Shown: piece after piece, positions 19,654-27,993 of the stretch | How positions within the stretch are numbered: the first letter of the stretch is position 1 | Layout: every line of letters begins with the position of its first letter | Assembly: GCA_003141555.1 (NCBI GenBank) | Contig: PLMN01000028.1 | Span: 2,785 to 66,784 of the forward strand | Direction of reading: 5' to 3' | Origin: Candidatus Aminicenantes bacterium | GTDB taxonomy: Bacteria > Acidobacteriota > Aminicenantia > Aminicenantales > UBA4085 | DNA: 64,000 nucleotides | Notes under the pieces: generated by a model | What the model was told of the DNA's origin: nothing | Databases searched by the model: none | The model's input: the letters and a program-made list of their open reading frames with translations, nothing else | Program-made: the position numbers and the translations under genes

Positions 19654-20078
19654 TTAGATCCAATAAAATTCTGAATTTCAAAGTTGACGCCAAATCGGCT
19701 ATCCCGGCCTACGAGCAGATTAAACGTGCCATCAAACTGGCCATCGTCTCTGGTTACTTGGAGGAAGGAGACCAACTCATGTCTCTCCGGGAGCTCGCCC
19801 TGAAGCTCACCGTCAATCCCAACACTATAATCAAGGTTTATGACCAACTCGAGACAGAGGATTTCATCTATTCCAAGCCGGGGGCAGGCTATTACGTCAA
19901 GGTTGATCACGCCAGAATCCTACCGAGAAGACGCGATCTTTTTCAAGAAATCACTGAGGAATATATTTCGAAAGCTCTGCAACTTGGATACTCCGGCGAA
20001 GACATGTCCAAAGAAATTTCCCAATTAACTGGCGAGAACATGTTGATTCGGGACAGAAAGGATAAATCTGATGATTGA
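19650..20078 (+). CDS. GntR-family transcriptional regulator, YtrA subfamily
   Basis: 142 aa. Winged-HTH SAIPAYEQIKRAIKLAIVSGYLEEGDQLMSLRELALKLTVNPNTIIKVY and a short C-terminus. Sits upstream of an ABC ATPase/permease. Confidence 0.75.
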   Translation: MIRSNKILNFKVDAKSAIPAYEQIKRAIKLAIVSGYLEEGDQLMSLRELALKLTVNPNTIIKVYDQLETEDFIYSKPGAGYYVKVDHARILPRRRDLFQEITEEYISKALQLGYSGEDMSKEISQLTGENMLIRDRKDKSDD

Positions 20079-20895
20079 ATTAGACGAGGTGTCGTTCAAC
20101 TATGGTAAGAAAATGGTCTTTAAAAACTTCAACCTCCGGATACCCCATGGTCAGGTCTGCCTAATTACCGGAATTAATGGTGTGGGGAAAAGCACGTTGT
20201 TGCGATTGATAGCGGGGGTGCTAAGACCGGCTAAAGGAGAGATCCGGTTTGATCCAGATATGGGAGTTGATCCCAGAGCTAAAATAGGGTTCATCTCAGA
20301 TGCCTTGAGCCTTTATGATAGCCTGACGATCACGCAGGCCATCGATTTCCACAAGTCCGTCTATACCCTTCCTTCATTTGATGATTCCTTAATCCGGCAC
20401 ACTAAAATTGGCCGCGACCAGAAGATTAAAGAGTTATCTACAGGACAACGCACCATATTCCACCTGAGCTTAGTTCTTTCCATCGAACCCGAGATTCTGT
20501 TGATCGATGAGATCATCCATTCTATTGATGCCTATTTGCGAAAAATCTTTCTAGAACAGATTGTCCAACTCTTAATAAAACGATCCGTTACCGTAGTCAT
20601 GGTTAACGTTAACTTCCATGATATCGAACACCTGGTGGAAAGGGTGATTCTGTTGAAGTCCGGTAAGATCGCTGTTGATGAAAAAATTGAAGAGCTCAAG
20701 ACCAAGATCAAGAAGATCATTTCCGGGAACCGCCCGGAATTCATGAATATTCTCTCACAAATCGATTATTCAGACCATTCAGAGTTTTACGTATACCCCT
20801 ATATGGACGATCTCAAAGAGAAAATCGACGGCGAAATTGTTGATCTGAATTTAACGGAGATCGTTTCGGCCTTCATCGGAGGCGAATATGCTTAA
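20071..20895 (+). CDS. ABC transporter ATP-binding protein
   Basis: Walker A GINGVGKSTLL, degenerate signature LSTGQRT, Walker B LLIDEI. Low GC. Confidence 0.8.
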   Translation: MIELDEVSFNYGKKMVFKNFNLRIPHGQVCLITGINGVGKSTLLRLIAGVLRPAKGEIRFDPDMGVDPRAKIGFISDALSLYDSLTITQAIDFHKSVYTLPSFDDSLIRHTKIGRDQKIKELSTGQRTIFHLSLVLSIEPEILLIDEIIHSIDAYLRKIFLEQIVQLLIKRSVTVVMVNVNFHDIEHLVERVILLKSGKIAVDEKIEELKTKIKKIISGNRPEFMNILSQIDYSDHSEFYVYPYMDDLKEKIDGEIVDLNLTEIVSAFIGGEYA

Positions 20896-21616
20896 GAAGG
20901 AATGCTTCGAGGCCATAAAGAAACTCCTCGAATCACTGCTTATCTTGGTTGTTATTCCCCTGGCGATTGTATGGGACAAGCTCGTTGCCCATAGCGGCTG
21001 GCCGTATGCGGATGTTTTCCAAGCAGGATGTATTGCGACACTGGTCATCTATGCCATTTATGCAGGGGCGACGATATTTCAGCCCGAGAGAAAAGATAAG
21101 GCATTTGAATATTTGTTTTCATTACCGCTGACCCGCTCTCGAATCGTTATGGCGAAGGTGTTGCCGCGATTCGTCATTCTCGAGATGCTTTTTCTGCTTT
21201 CGGTGGTACTCATCGGGCCTGGGGTTCTGGCCTCTGGAATAATTTTCATCTTACTTTTCTTTGGGGCCGTTTCTCTAAGCATCGCGGTAAACTCCGTCAT
21301 TCTTAATCTTATCGGAGTATCCTTTATATTTGGCGCTTTCCAGCCGTGCTGTAATATTATGTCCTTTCTTCTTGGGAAGCTCGGCGTGAATTTTCCCAAC
21401 GATTTAGCTTTCATATGCGTACAGATATGCGCTGCGTTGATCCTATTAGTTCCTTTATGGTTGGCGTTCTGGCTGACATTTAAGAAACTGGATGTCAGGC
21501 CCATAAGGCTACAGATGAATACTTACTATTTCATTCTATTACCGAGCTTGGCCGGTCTCGTCGCTTTCATCCTTTTATTTTACAGAAAAGCCATGTATTG
21601 GATCATGGCCCGATAA
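20888..21616 (+). CDS. ABC-2-type permease / polytopic membrane protein
   Basis: 242 aa, about 6 hydrophobic segments, translationally coupled to the ATPase. No soluble domains. Confidence 0.5.
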   Translation: MLKKECFEAIKKLLESLLILVVIPLAIVWDKLVAHSGWPYADVFQAGCIATLVIYAIYAGATIFQPERKDKAFEYLFSLPLTRSRIVMAKVLPRFVILEMLFLLSVVLIGPGVLASGIIFILLFFGAVSLSIAVNSVILNLIGVSFIFGAFQPCCNIMSFLLGKLGVNFPNDLAFICVQICAALILLVPLWLAFWLTFKKLDVRPIRLQMNTYYFILLPSLAGLVAFILLFYRKAMYWIMAR

Positions 21617-21631
21617 GTGATCATTAAGAAA

Positions 21632-21889
21632 TCAGCGATAGACTTTCCCCCGCGGCCGGATCCGGATGACGAGGACAATCAATTCCCGGTCGGAAAACGT
21701 GTAGATGACCCGATAATCGCCGCTTCGAAAACTCCAGAGCAGACCGTCTTTTCCCTTGAGCGGCTTCCCACCGCGAGGATCCGCTAAGAGCTTCTCCCGG
21801 ATTTCCTTAAGGATGCGCCGGGAGACATCCTGCCCGAGTCTTTTGAGGTCCTTCTTGACGCTCTTTTTGAAGAAAAGCCGATAGGTCAT
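21632..21889 (-). CDS. RelE/ParE-family type II toxin
   Basis: 85 aa. MTYRLFFKKSVKKDLKRLGQDVSRRILKEIREKL...DYRVIYTFSDRELIVLVIRIRPRGKVY is the typical RelE/ParE fold signature. Confidence 0.75.
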   Translation of the reverse strand: MTYRLFFKKSVKKDLKRLGQDVSRRILKEIREKLLADPRGGKPLKGKDGLLWSFRSGDYRVIYTFSDRELIVLVIRIRPRGKVYR

Positions 21890-22125
21890 CAGATATCCCA
21901 GCCGAGCTCGGCCAGAAATTCCGTCTCGCTAAGGATCTCGTCCTGCGCATCCTTCAGCCGCTCGACGGCGATCTGGTAGTCCGCCCAGGTCTCGAGATAT
22001 ATTTCGAGCGCATCCCGGACGATTTCGTTCGTATTGCGTTTCCGCGCCTCGGCGATTTCCTCGATCGAGGCGACCATTTTCATCGGCAGCCGCGCGGAGA
22101 TGGTCTTGGTCACTTGTTTTCCCAT
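21889..22125 (-). CDS. RHH-type antitoxin (CopG/ParD-like)
   Basis: 78 aa. MGKQVTKTISARLPMKMVASIEEIA... ribbon-helix-helix N-terminus. Overlaps the toxin start by 1 nt. Confidence 0.6.
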   Translation of the reverse strand: MGKQVTKTISARLPMKMVASIEEIAEARKRNTNEIVRDALEIYLETWADYQIAVERLKDAQDEILSETEFLAELGWDI

Positions 22126-22148
22126 GGAGACATCCTTGATTGTTTACA

Positions 22149-22167
22149 TTGTTTGCATTGCAAACAA
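22149..22167 (-). promoter_or_regulatory. Perfect 19-bp palindrome TTGTTTGCA-T-TGCAAACAA upstream of the antitoxin; putative toxin-antitoxin operator
   Basis: Located about 25 nt upstream of the antitoxin start. Preceded by the partial repeat TGTTTACATTG. Confidence 0.4.
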
Positions 22168-22371
22168 TATCCTAGAAAACCGGCTTCGTCAAGGATGTTT
22201 TTATGCGGAAATCGGTGACACGATCCCAATTCAAGAGAATTGGGTCATGTCACCGAATTCCGCAAATCGCCGATTTCACTCCCGTCCTTTCTTAGGTTTC
22301 TCAACCTTAGAAAGGACGCGTGATCATAATGGCAAATCTCAGTAAAGCGCGGAGGCGCGCCCGCCGCCGAC

Positions 22372-22860
22372 CTATTTCTTCTCGAGCTTCTTCTTCGTCC
22401 ATTCGATCAGGCCGCCGGCCTCCAAGATGCCCAGGACCGACGCGGGCAGCGGCGGGAAGCTGAAGACGCGCCCCTTGGCCAGGATCCGGCCGCCGGCGAA
22501 GTCGATCTCGGCCTCGTCGCCCGCCGCGAGCGCGTCCGCCGCCTCCTCGCATTGGATCACGGGCAGGCCGAGGTTGATCGCGTTCCGGAAGTAGATTCGG
22601 GCGAACGACTTGGCCACGACCGCCTGCACGCCCGCCGCACGCAAGCAGGCCGCGGCCTGCTCCCGAGAGCTCCCGCAGCCGAAATTCTTGCCGGCGAGGA
22701 TGATGTCGCCCGGTTTGACGCCTTTGGCGAAAGCCGGGTCGAGGTCCTCGAGGGCCTTGGCCGCCATCTCCTCGGGCTTCAGCTGCTGGTAAGTGTACTT
22801 GCCGGCGTAGATGACGTCGGTGTTGACGTTGTCCCCGTATTTCCAGATCTTGCCTTTCAT
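22372..22860 (-). CDS. LeuD-type aconitase-family small subunit, set 2
   Basis: 162 aa from ATG 22860 (MKGKIWKYGDNVNTDVIYAGKY...GKNFGCGSSREQA). The listed 436-aa ORF is a read-through artifact. ATGA overlap with the upstream LeuC-type gene. Confidence 0.8.
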   Translation of the reverse strand: MKGKIWKYGDNVNTDVIYAGKYTYQQLKPEEMAAKALEDLDPAFAKGVKPGDIILAGKNFGCGSSREQAAACLRAAGVQAVVAKSFARIYFRNAINLGLPVIQCEEAADALAAGDEAEIDFAGGRILAKGRVFSFPPLPASVLGILEAGGLIEWTKKKLEKK

Positions 22861-24113
22861 CGCACGTAGCTCCTGGGGTCGGTGATCTTTCCCTCGATGG
22901 CGGAGGCCGCGACCGTAGCCGGCGAAGCGAGGTAAATCTCGGAGTCTCGGCCGCCCATCCGCCCCTTGAAATTGCGGTTGGACGTGCCGACCACGATTTC
23001 TCCCGGCGCAAGGATGCCCTCGTGCGCGCCCAGGCACGGGCCGCATCCGGGATTGACCATCACGCAGTTGGCTTCGAGGAAGATCTCGATCAGGCCCTTG
23101 CGCACGGCCGCGAGATAGACTTCGCGCGAGGCCGGCAGGACGAGCGTCCGGATATTGGGATGGACCTTGCGGCCCTTGAGGATCGCGGCCGCGACCTCGA
23201 GGTCCTCGAGCCGTCCGTTGGTGCACGTCCCGATCAAGGCCTGGTGGAAGGGCTTGCCGGCCACGGCCGACACGGGCTTGACGTTGTCGACCGAATGAGG
23301 GCAGGCGATCATGGGCTCGAGCGCCGAGAGGTCGTATTTCAGCACGGCCTCGTAGGCCGCATCGGGATCCGATTTCAGGACGACATAGGGTCCCTTCGCC
23401 CGCTCCTTGAGCCAGGCGAGCGTCTTGTCGTCGACCTCGAAGTACCCGTTCTTGGCGCCCATTTCGGCGGCCATATTGCATAGGACCATGCGCGAGGCGA
23501 GGCTGAACTCCCCCGCCGCCGGCCCGGCGAACTCCACCGCTTCGTAGTTCGCCCGGTCCGCGCCTTGGTCGCCCAAAATCTTGAGGATCGCGTCCTTGGC
23601 GTAGACCCCGGCCGGGAACCGGCCGCTGAACTCGATCCGGAGCGTCTCGGGCACGCGCAGCCAGATTTCGTCCGTGGCCCACAGGCTGGCCGTCTCGGTC
23701 CGGCCGATGCCGGCGGAGAACGCTCCGAAGGCGCCGTAGGTGGTGGTGTGGGAGTCGCTGCCCATGATCACCGCGCCCGGCAGGGCAAAACTCGCCTCGG
23801 AGAAGACCTGGTGGCAGACCCCGGCGTGGATGTCGAAGAAGTGCGGAATCCTCTGCTCCGCCACGAACTCCCGGATCGTCTTGTGGTTCTGGGCGTACTT
23901 CTCGTCGGCCGCCGGGACGATATGGTCCAGGACAATGACGATCTTCTGCGGCGCGACGACTTTCTTCAGGCCCAGCTTCTTGAACTCGCCGATGATAGCC
24001 GAGGAGTTGTCGTGGGACAGATAGTAGTCCGGCGAGACGGTGATCACCTCGCCCGCCCGCACCGGCCGGCCGGCCTTGCGGCCCAGCGCTTTCTCCGAGA
24101 ATGTCAAACCCAT
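22857..24113 (-). CDS. LeuC-type aconitase-family large subunit (type II), set 2
   Basis: 418 aa. MGLTFSEKALGRKAGRPVRAGEVITVSPDYYLSHD..., Fe-S ligands GTCTNGR and MGSDSHTTTYGAFGAF. Paralog of set 1. Confidence 0.85.
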   Translation of the reverse strand: MGLTFSEKALGRKAGRPVRAGEVITVSPDYYLSHDNSSAIIGEFKKLGLKKVVAPQKIVIVLDHIVPAADEKYAQNHKTIREFVAEQRIPHFFDIHAGVCHQVFSEASFALPGAVIMGSDSHTTTYGAFGAFSAGIGRTETASLWATDEIWLRVPETLRIEFSGRFPAGVYAKDAILKILGDQGADRANYEAVEFAGPAAGEFSLASRMVLCNMAAEMGAKNGYFEVDDKTLAWLKERAKGPYVVLKSDPDAAYEAVLKYDLSALEPMIACPHSVDNVKPVSAVAGKPFHQALIGTCTNGRLEDLEVAAAILKGRKVHPNIRTLVLPASREVYLAAVRKGLIEIFLEANCVMVNPGCGPCLGAHEGILAPGEIVVGTSNRNFKGRMGGRDSEIYLASPATVAASAIEGKITDPRSYVR

Positions 24114-24126
24114 CCGATCCCCCTTC

Positions 24127-24669
24127 TTATTCCTTGAAGATGTCGAAGTTGACGAAGTCGGCGTGGTTGATGATGATCGCCTCGATCGTCCGCTTCAGCC
24201 CGTCGCCCTCCTTGGAGTGGGCGGCGATCATATGAACGACGTCCTGGGGCAGGTCGTATTTGTAGGCGAAGGCCGCGCCCGAGATGGGGTGGCGCAGCAG
24301 CTCGCCCTCGCGGCTCTTTTGGAAGACCCCCTGCTCGCGCTTGAACTCGAAGAGCTTGCCCACGTCGTGGAGGATCGCCCCCGACAGGAGCAAATCGCGC
24401 TGGATCGCGATCTTCCCGGCGTAGGACGTGCCCAACGCCTCGGCGATCTGGAGCGCCGTCCGGGTGACGGCCCGGGTGTGGTCAATGAGGCTGATGTCGG
24501 TCTTCTTGATGAGCAGGGTGAAGGGCATCTTCTCCAGATCCGCGGCCGTCCAGCCTCCCTTGCGGGCGGCTTCGACCCAGACCGTCAGCGTCTGTTCGCG
24601 GAGCTTGGCGTCGCCGATCAGCCCGATCTCGGGAATGAGCTTCAGAAATTCGTCCCGCTCGTCCTTCAT
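24127..24669 (-). CDS. HD-domain metal-dependent phosphohydrolase-like protein
   Basis: 180 aa. H..HD..D pattern (IDHTRAV, ILHDVGK, INHAD). Embedded in the operon between the CS-like gene and the LeuC-type gene. Confidence 0.6.
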   Translation of the reverse strand: MKDERDEFLKLIPEIGLIGDAKLREQTLTVWVEAARKGGWTAADLEKMPFTLLIKKTDISLIDHTRAVTRTALQIAEALGTSYAGKIAIQRDLLLSGAILHDVGKLFEFKREQGVFQKSREGELLRHPISGAAFAYKYDLPQDVVHMIAAHSKEGDGLKRTIEAIIINHADFVNFDIFKE

Positions 24670-25445
24670 GGCAGCTTCCTTTCGGGAGGACCGTCGTATT
24701 CGAAATCCTCCGGGTCGATTTTGCGCATGGGCTTCATCCGCGTCTTCTCCTCGTGGACATGGGCCACCAGGCCCGGCACGCGGGAGATGATAAAGAAGGC
24801 GTTCCCGATCTCGGGCGGGATGCCGAGGTCGCAGAGGAGGGCGGCGATCGCCCCGTCGACGTTGATCGGCAGCGTCTTGCCGCCGGCCTGCTCGGCCAGG
24901 GCGGCTTCCACCCCGCGTGCGATCCGGACGAACCGGCCGGACAAATGGAGCTCCTCGGCCAGGGCGAACAGCTTGGCCGTGCGTGGATCCCGAGTGTGGA
25001 TCCTGTGGCCGAAGCCCGAGGCGCGCTTGCCCTTGGCCTTCATCTCGTCGAGCACGGCCTTGATGGCCGCGGGCTCGCCGGCCGCCTCCGGGGCGCGCTT
25101 GGCGATCTCGAGGAACAGGCGCTGGCCGTCCTCGATAGCCCCGCCGTGGAAGCGGTTGATGGCCAGGACGCCGGCCGCGACCGCCGCGTTGAGCTCGGCC
25201 CCGGTCGAAGCGACCGTCCGGGCGGCGAGCACGGACGGAGGGCTCGCCCCGTGGTCGATCGACGAGACGAAGATGGCATCGACGAGCCGTCCGACTTCGG
25301 CCGAGGGAAATTCCCCCTTAAGAGCGAGGTAGATGGCCTGGGCGAAGGAGATCCTGCCCATCAAATCGGCGATGGGGTAGCCGCGCAGGACGATCCTGTT
25401 CGGCTTGATCTCCGTGATCCCGGTCTTCCATTTTTCTTCGGGCAT
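24666..25445 (-). CDS. Small citrate-synthase-family protein, citryl-CoA lyase (CCL)/ATP-citrate-lyase C-domain-like
   Basis: 259 aa. SIDHGASPPSVLAARTVASTG (DHG active-site region as in ACL/CCL) and GFGHRIHTRDPR (citrate-synthase His-Arg signature region). The short, stand-alone form matches CCL rather than a full citrate synthase. Confidence 0.7.
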   Translation of the reverse strand: MPEEKWKTGITEIKPNRIVLRGYPIADLMGRISFAQAIYLALKGEFPSAEVGRLVDAIFVSSIDHGASPPSVLAARTVASTGAELNAAVAAGVLAINRFHGGAIEDGQRLFLEIAKRAPEAAGEPAAIKAVLDEMKAKGKRASGFGHRIHTRDPRTAKLFALAEELHLSGRFVRIARGVEAALAEQAGGKTLPINVDGAIAALLCDLGIPPEIGNAFFIISRVPGLVAHVHEEKTRMKPMRKIDPEDFEYDGPPERKLP

Positions 25446-25458
25446 CGGTCCCTCCGGT

Positions 25459-26352
25459 CTATTTCAGAATTTCCGCCGCTTTCGCCGGGATGTCGGCGAT
25501 CGCCTCGACGACATGCACGCCGACGTCGCGGAGCCGTGCGACCTTGCCGGCGTACGATCCGCGTCCTCCCTCGACGATCGCCCCGGCATGCGAGAAGCGC
25601 GTCCCCGACTTGGCTGCCTTGCCGCCGATATAGGCGATGAGCGGCTTGGTGAACTTCCCCGCGGCGATGAGATCAGCCACCCTCTCCTCCTGGGTCGTGC
25701 CGATCTCGCCGAACATGACCGCCGCCCGGGTCTGGTCGTCGCGCTCGAAAAGCTCCATGATTTCGGGATGGGACAGGCCGACGACGGCGTCCCCCCCGAC
25801 GTGGACGATGGTGCTCTGGCCGAAGCCGGCCCGGGTCAGGTAGTAGGAGATGGCCGAGGTCATCCCCCCGCTGCGGGAGCTGACGCCCAGGACGCCAGGC
25901 TTGAACCATTCCCGGGCGCGCTGGGCTCGGCCGCCGATCATGCCCAAGACCGCCTTCCCGGGGCTGAGCAGCCCAAGGGTGTTCGGGCCGACGAACCGCG
26001 CCCCCGTTTCGCGCGCCGCGCGGGCGATCTCGAGGACGTCGTAGATGGGAACCCGGTCGGGGACGATGACCAGCAGCTTGACGCCGGCGGCGATCGCCTC
26101 GAGCGCGGCGTTCTTGACGAGCGTCGCGGGGATGAAGATGACGCTGATGTCGATCGGGCCCCGCTTCTCGCGGGCCTCTTCGACGGAATCGTAGACCGGT
26201 ACGCCATAGACATCCTGGCCGCCGCGGCCCGGCGTCACGCCGGCCACGACGTTGGTCCCGTAGTCCTTCATGAGCTGGGTCCGGGCCATGCCTTCGCGGC
26301 CCGTGATCCCCTGGATGACGACCCTGGATTTTTCGTCGACGAGGATGGACAT
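25459..26352 (-). CDS. Succinyl-CoA synthetase alpha (SucD)-like CoA-binding subunit; putative citryl-CoA synthetase small subunit
   Basis: 297 aa from ATG 26352 (MSILVDEKSRVVIQGITGREG...VAGVTPGRGG), collinear with SucD. Phosphohistidine region present. Start lies 4 nt after the upstream gene stop. Confidence 0.8.
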   Translation of the reverse strand: MSILVDEKSRVVIQGITGREGMARTQLMKDYGTNVVAGVTPGRGGQDVYGVPVYDSVEEAREKRGPIDISVIFIPATLVKNAALEAIAAGVKLLVIVPDRVPIYDVLEIARAARETGARFVGPNTLGLLSPGKAVLGMIGGRAQRAREWFKPGVLGVSSRSGGMTSAISYYLTRAGFGQSTIVHVGGDAVVGLSHPEIMELFERDDQTRAAVMFGEIGTTQEERVADLIAAGKFTKPLIAYIGGKAAKSGTRFSHAGAIVEGGRGSYAGKVARLRDVGVHVVEAIADIPAKAAEILK

Positions 26353-26356
26353 GGCC

Positions 26357-27916
26357 TCAGCCCTCCCTTTCCCGCAGCCCGGCCCGATATTCGGCAAGGC
26401 CCGGGATGGGCAGCTGGATGTCGATGGCCGCCTTCTCATGGAATCGGCAGAAGATCTCGCAGGCCAGGCACTCGGTGCACTTCCCCTTCCTGGCCTCCTC
26501 GGGGGTGATCGCCAGGGCCGGCCGGCCGTCATCGAGCTTGAGGATCTTCGGGGCGCAGGCTTCGATGCAGCCCTTGGTAGCGCAGGAGGCGCACCGCTCG
26601 CGATCGATGGACAGCTTCCCGGTCAGGGTGTCAAACGCATAGGCGCCCTCGGCGGGCTTGAATGCCGCGAGGGGCTTGACCTCGTGCCGCACTTCTCCGC
26701 CCTCGCGGATCAGCTGCTCGAGGCGGGCCGCGCAGGCCTCGGGAGAGTCGTCGCGGCCGTAGCCTTCGACTTTGCCCGGCAAGCCGCGGCCGTAGGTTCC
26801 CAGGATGCGGATGGCCTCCTCCTCGCAGTTGCCGCCGAGGCGGATGACCGCCGGAATGGCGAGCCTCTCCTCGACGAAGGCCTTGACCATGCCCCGCGCC
26901 GAGTGGAACTGTTCCTGGCTCGCAACGCCCGAGCCCGAGGCGAAGTAGCCGCGGATGCCGGGCTGGGAGAGGATGATCCGGGCTGCCCGGTAGACCTTGC
27001 TCGCGGGCGGGTTGCCGCTCGTGTCGCAGAAGTTGGCCAGCTTGAAGCCCCGGGCGAGCACCGCGTCCATGGACATCATCGAGCCGCCGCCGCCCGCGCC
27101 GTGGAAGCCGATGACCCGGTCGTCCGGGCCGATCGCGTCCGTCATCTGGAAGAAGTAGAACGTCCCGCGGTAGTCCTTCTCCTCGACCTTGTAGGCGATC
27201 TTCTCGAGCTCGGTCGGCGGCCGGTCGAATTCGCGGGCGACCTCGATCCCGAGCTCGGGATGCCGGAAGACGGCGTAATCGTCCACGACGAGGTGGCAGT
27301 CGGCGGCGAAGACCGCATCGTCCGCCGTCAGGACGAGCGGATTGACTTCCGCCGACCGGGCGTCCTTGGAGCGGGCGACCTTATAGAGCTTGGTCAGGAG
27401 CTCGGCGGTCTGGAGCATGATCCCGCCGGAAAGCCCGGTCCGCCGAACGAGGTTGCGGGCTTCGAACTCGCGCAGGCCGGTCCCGACGTCGATCGGCCAG
27501 GTGGCGATCTTCTCGGGGTGAAGCTTGGCGATCGCCTCGACGCCAGTTCCCCCCACGGCGCTGAAGATGAGGACGGGGCACTTCCGGGCGTCGTCCATCA
27601 CCAGGCCGGCGAAGAACTCGGCCTTCACCGCGAGCTTCTCTTCGACCAGGATGCGGTCGACCGTGAAATGCCCGACTTTCATCCCGATCAGCCGCCCGGC
27701 CTTTTCTTCGGCCTCGGCGGCCGTGTCGGCAAACTGGATCCCCCCGAGGCCAGCCCGACCCGTGAGCCAGACCTGGATCTTGAGGACGACCGGCCGTCCG
27801 ATCCTGCGGGCGATGTCTCCGGCTTCGGCCGCCGAGAAGGCGACCTCTCCCTCGGGGACGCGGATGCCGCCTTCCCGGAGGAGCTTCTTGCTCTGATACT
27901 CGTACAGTCTAGCCAC
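26357..27916 (-). CDS. SucC-like ATP-grasp CoA-ligase beta subunit (putative citryl-CoA synthetase large subunit) fused to a C-terminal 2x[4Fe-4S] ferredoxin domain
   Basis: About 519 aa from GTG 27916 (V-ARLYEYQSKKLLREGGIRV matches the SucC N-terminus, with RBS AAGGAAGG 5 nt upstream). The C-terminal ~120 aa carry CASCATKGCIEACAP and CTECLACEIFC cluster motifs. The listed 734-aa ORF has a 215-aa artifact extension. Confidence 0.7.
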   Translation of the reverse strand: MARLYEYQSKKLLREGGIRVPEGEVAFSAAEAGDIARRIGRPVVLKIQVWLTGRAGLGGIQFADTAAEAEEKAGRLIGMKVGHFTVDRILVEEKLAVKAEFFAGLVMDDARKCPVLIFSAVGGTGVEAIAKLHPEKIATWPIDVGTGLREFEARNLVRRTGLSGGIMLQTAELLTKLYKVARSKDARSAEVNPLVLTADDAVFAADCHLVVDDYAVFRHPELGIEVAREFDRPPTELEKIAYKVEEKDYRGTFYFFQMTDAIGPDDRVIGFHGAGGGGSMMSMDAVLARGFKLANFCDTSGNPPASKVYRAARIILSQPGIRGYFASGSGVASQEQFHSARGMVKAFVEERLAIPAVIRLGGNCEEEAIRILGTYGRGLPGKVEGYGRDDSPEACAARLEQLIREGGEVRHEVKPLAAFKPAEGAYAFDTLTGKLSIDRERCASCATKGCIEACAPKILKLDDGRPALAITPEEARKGKCTECLACEIFCRFHEKAAIDIQLPIPGLAEYRAGLREREG

Positions 27917-27993
27917 CAGGACCTTCCTTGTTGCAGATTCGAGGGCGTGAGAAAAGTCTAGTATACCCAAACGCCGAGGCGAAAAAAAGGGGG

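Noticed and set aside
22372-23682. 436-aa ORF spanning LeuD2 and the 3' part of LeuC2
   Set aside because: Only the last 162 codons, from ATG 22860, encode the LeuD-like protein. The rest is an out-of-frame read-through across the leuC2 coding region, which is typical of high-GC DNA.
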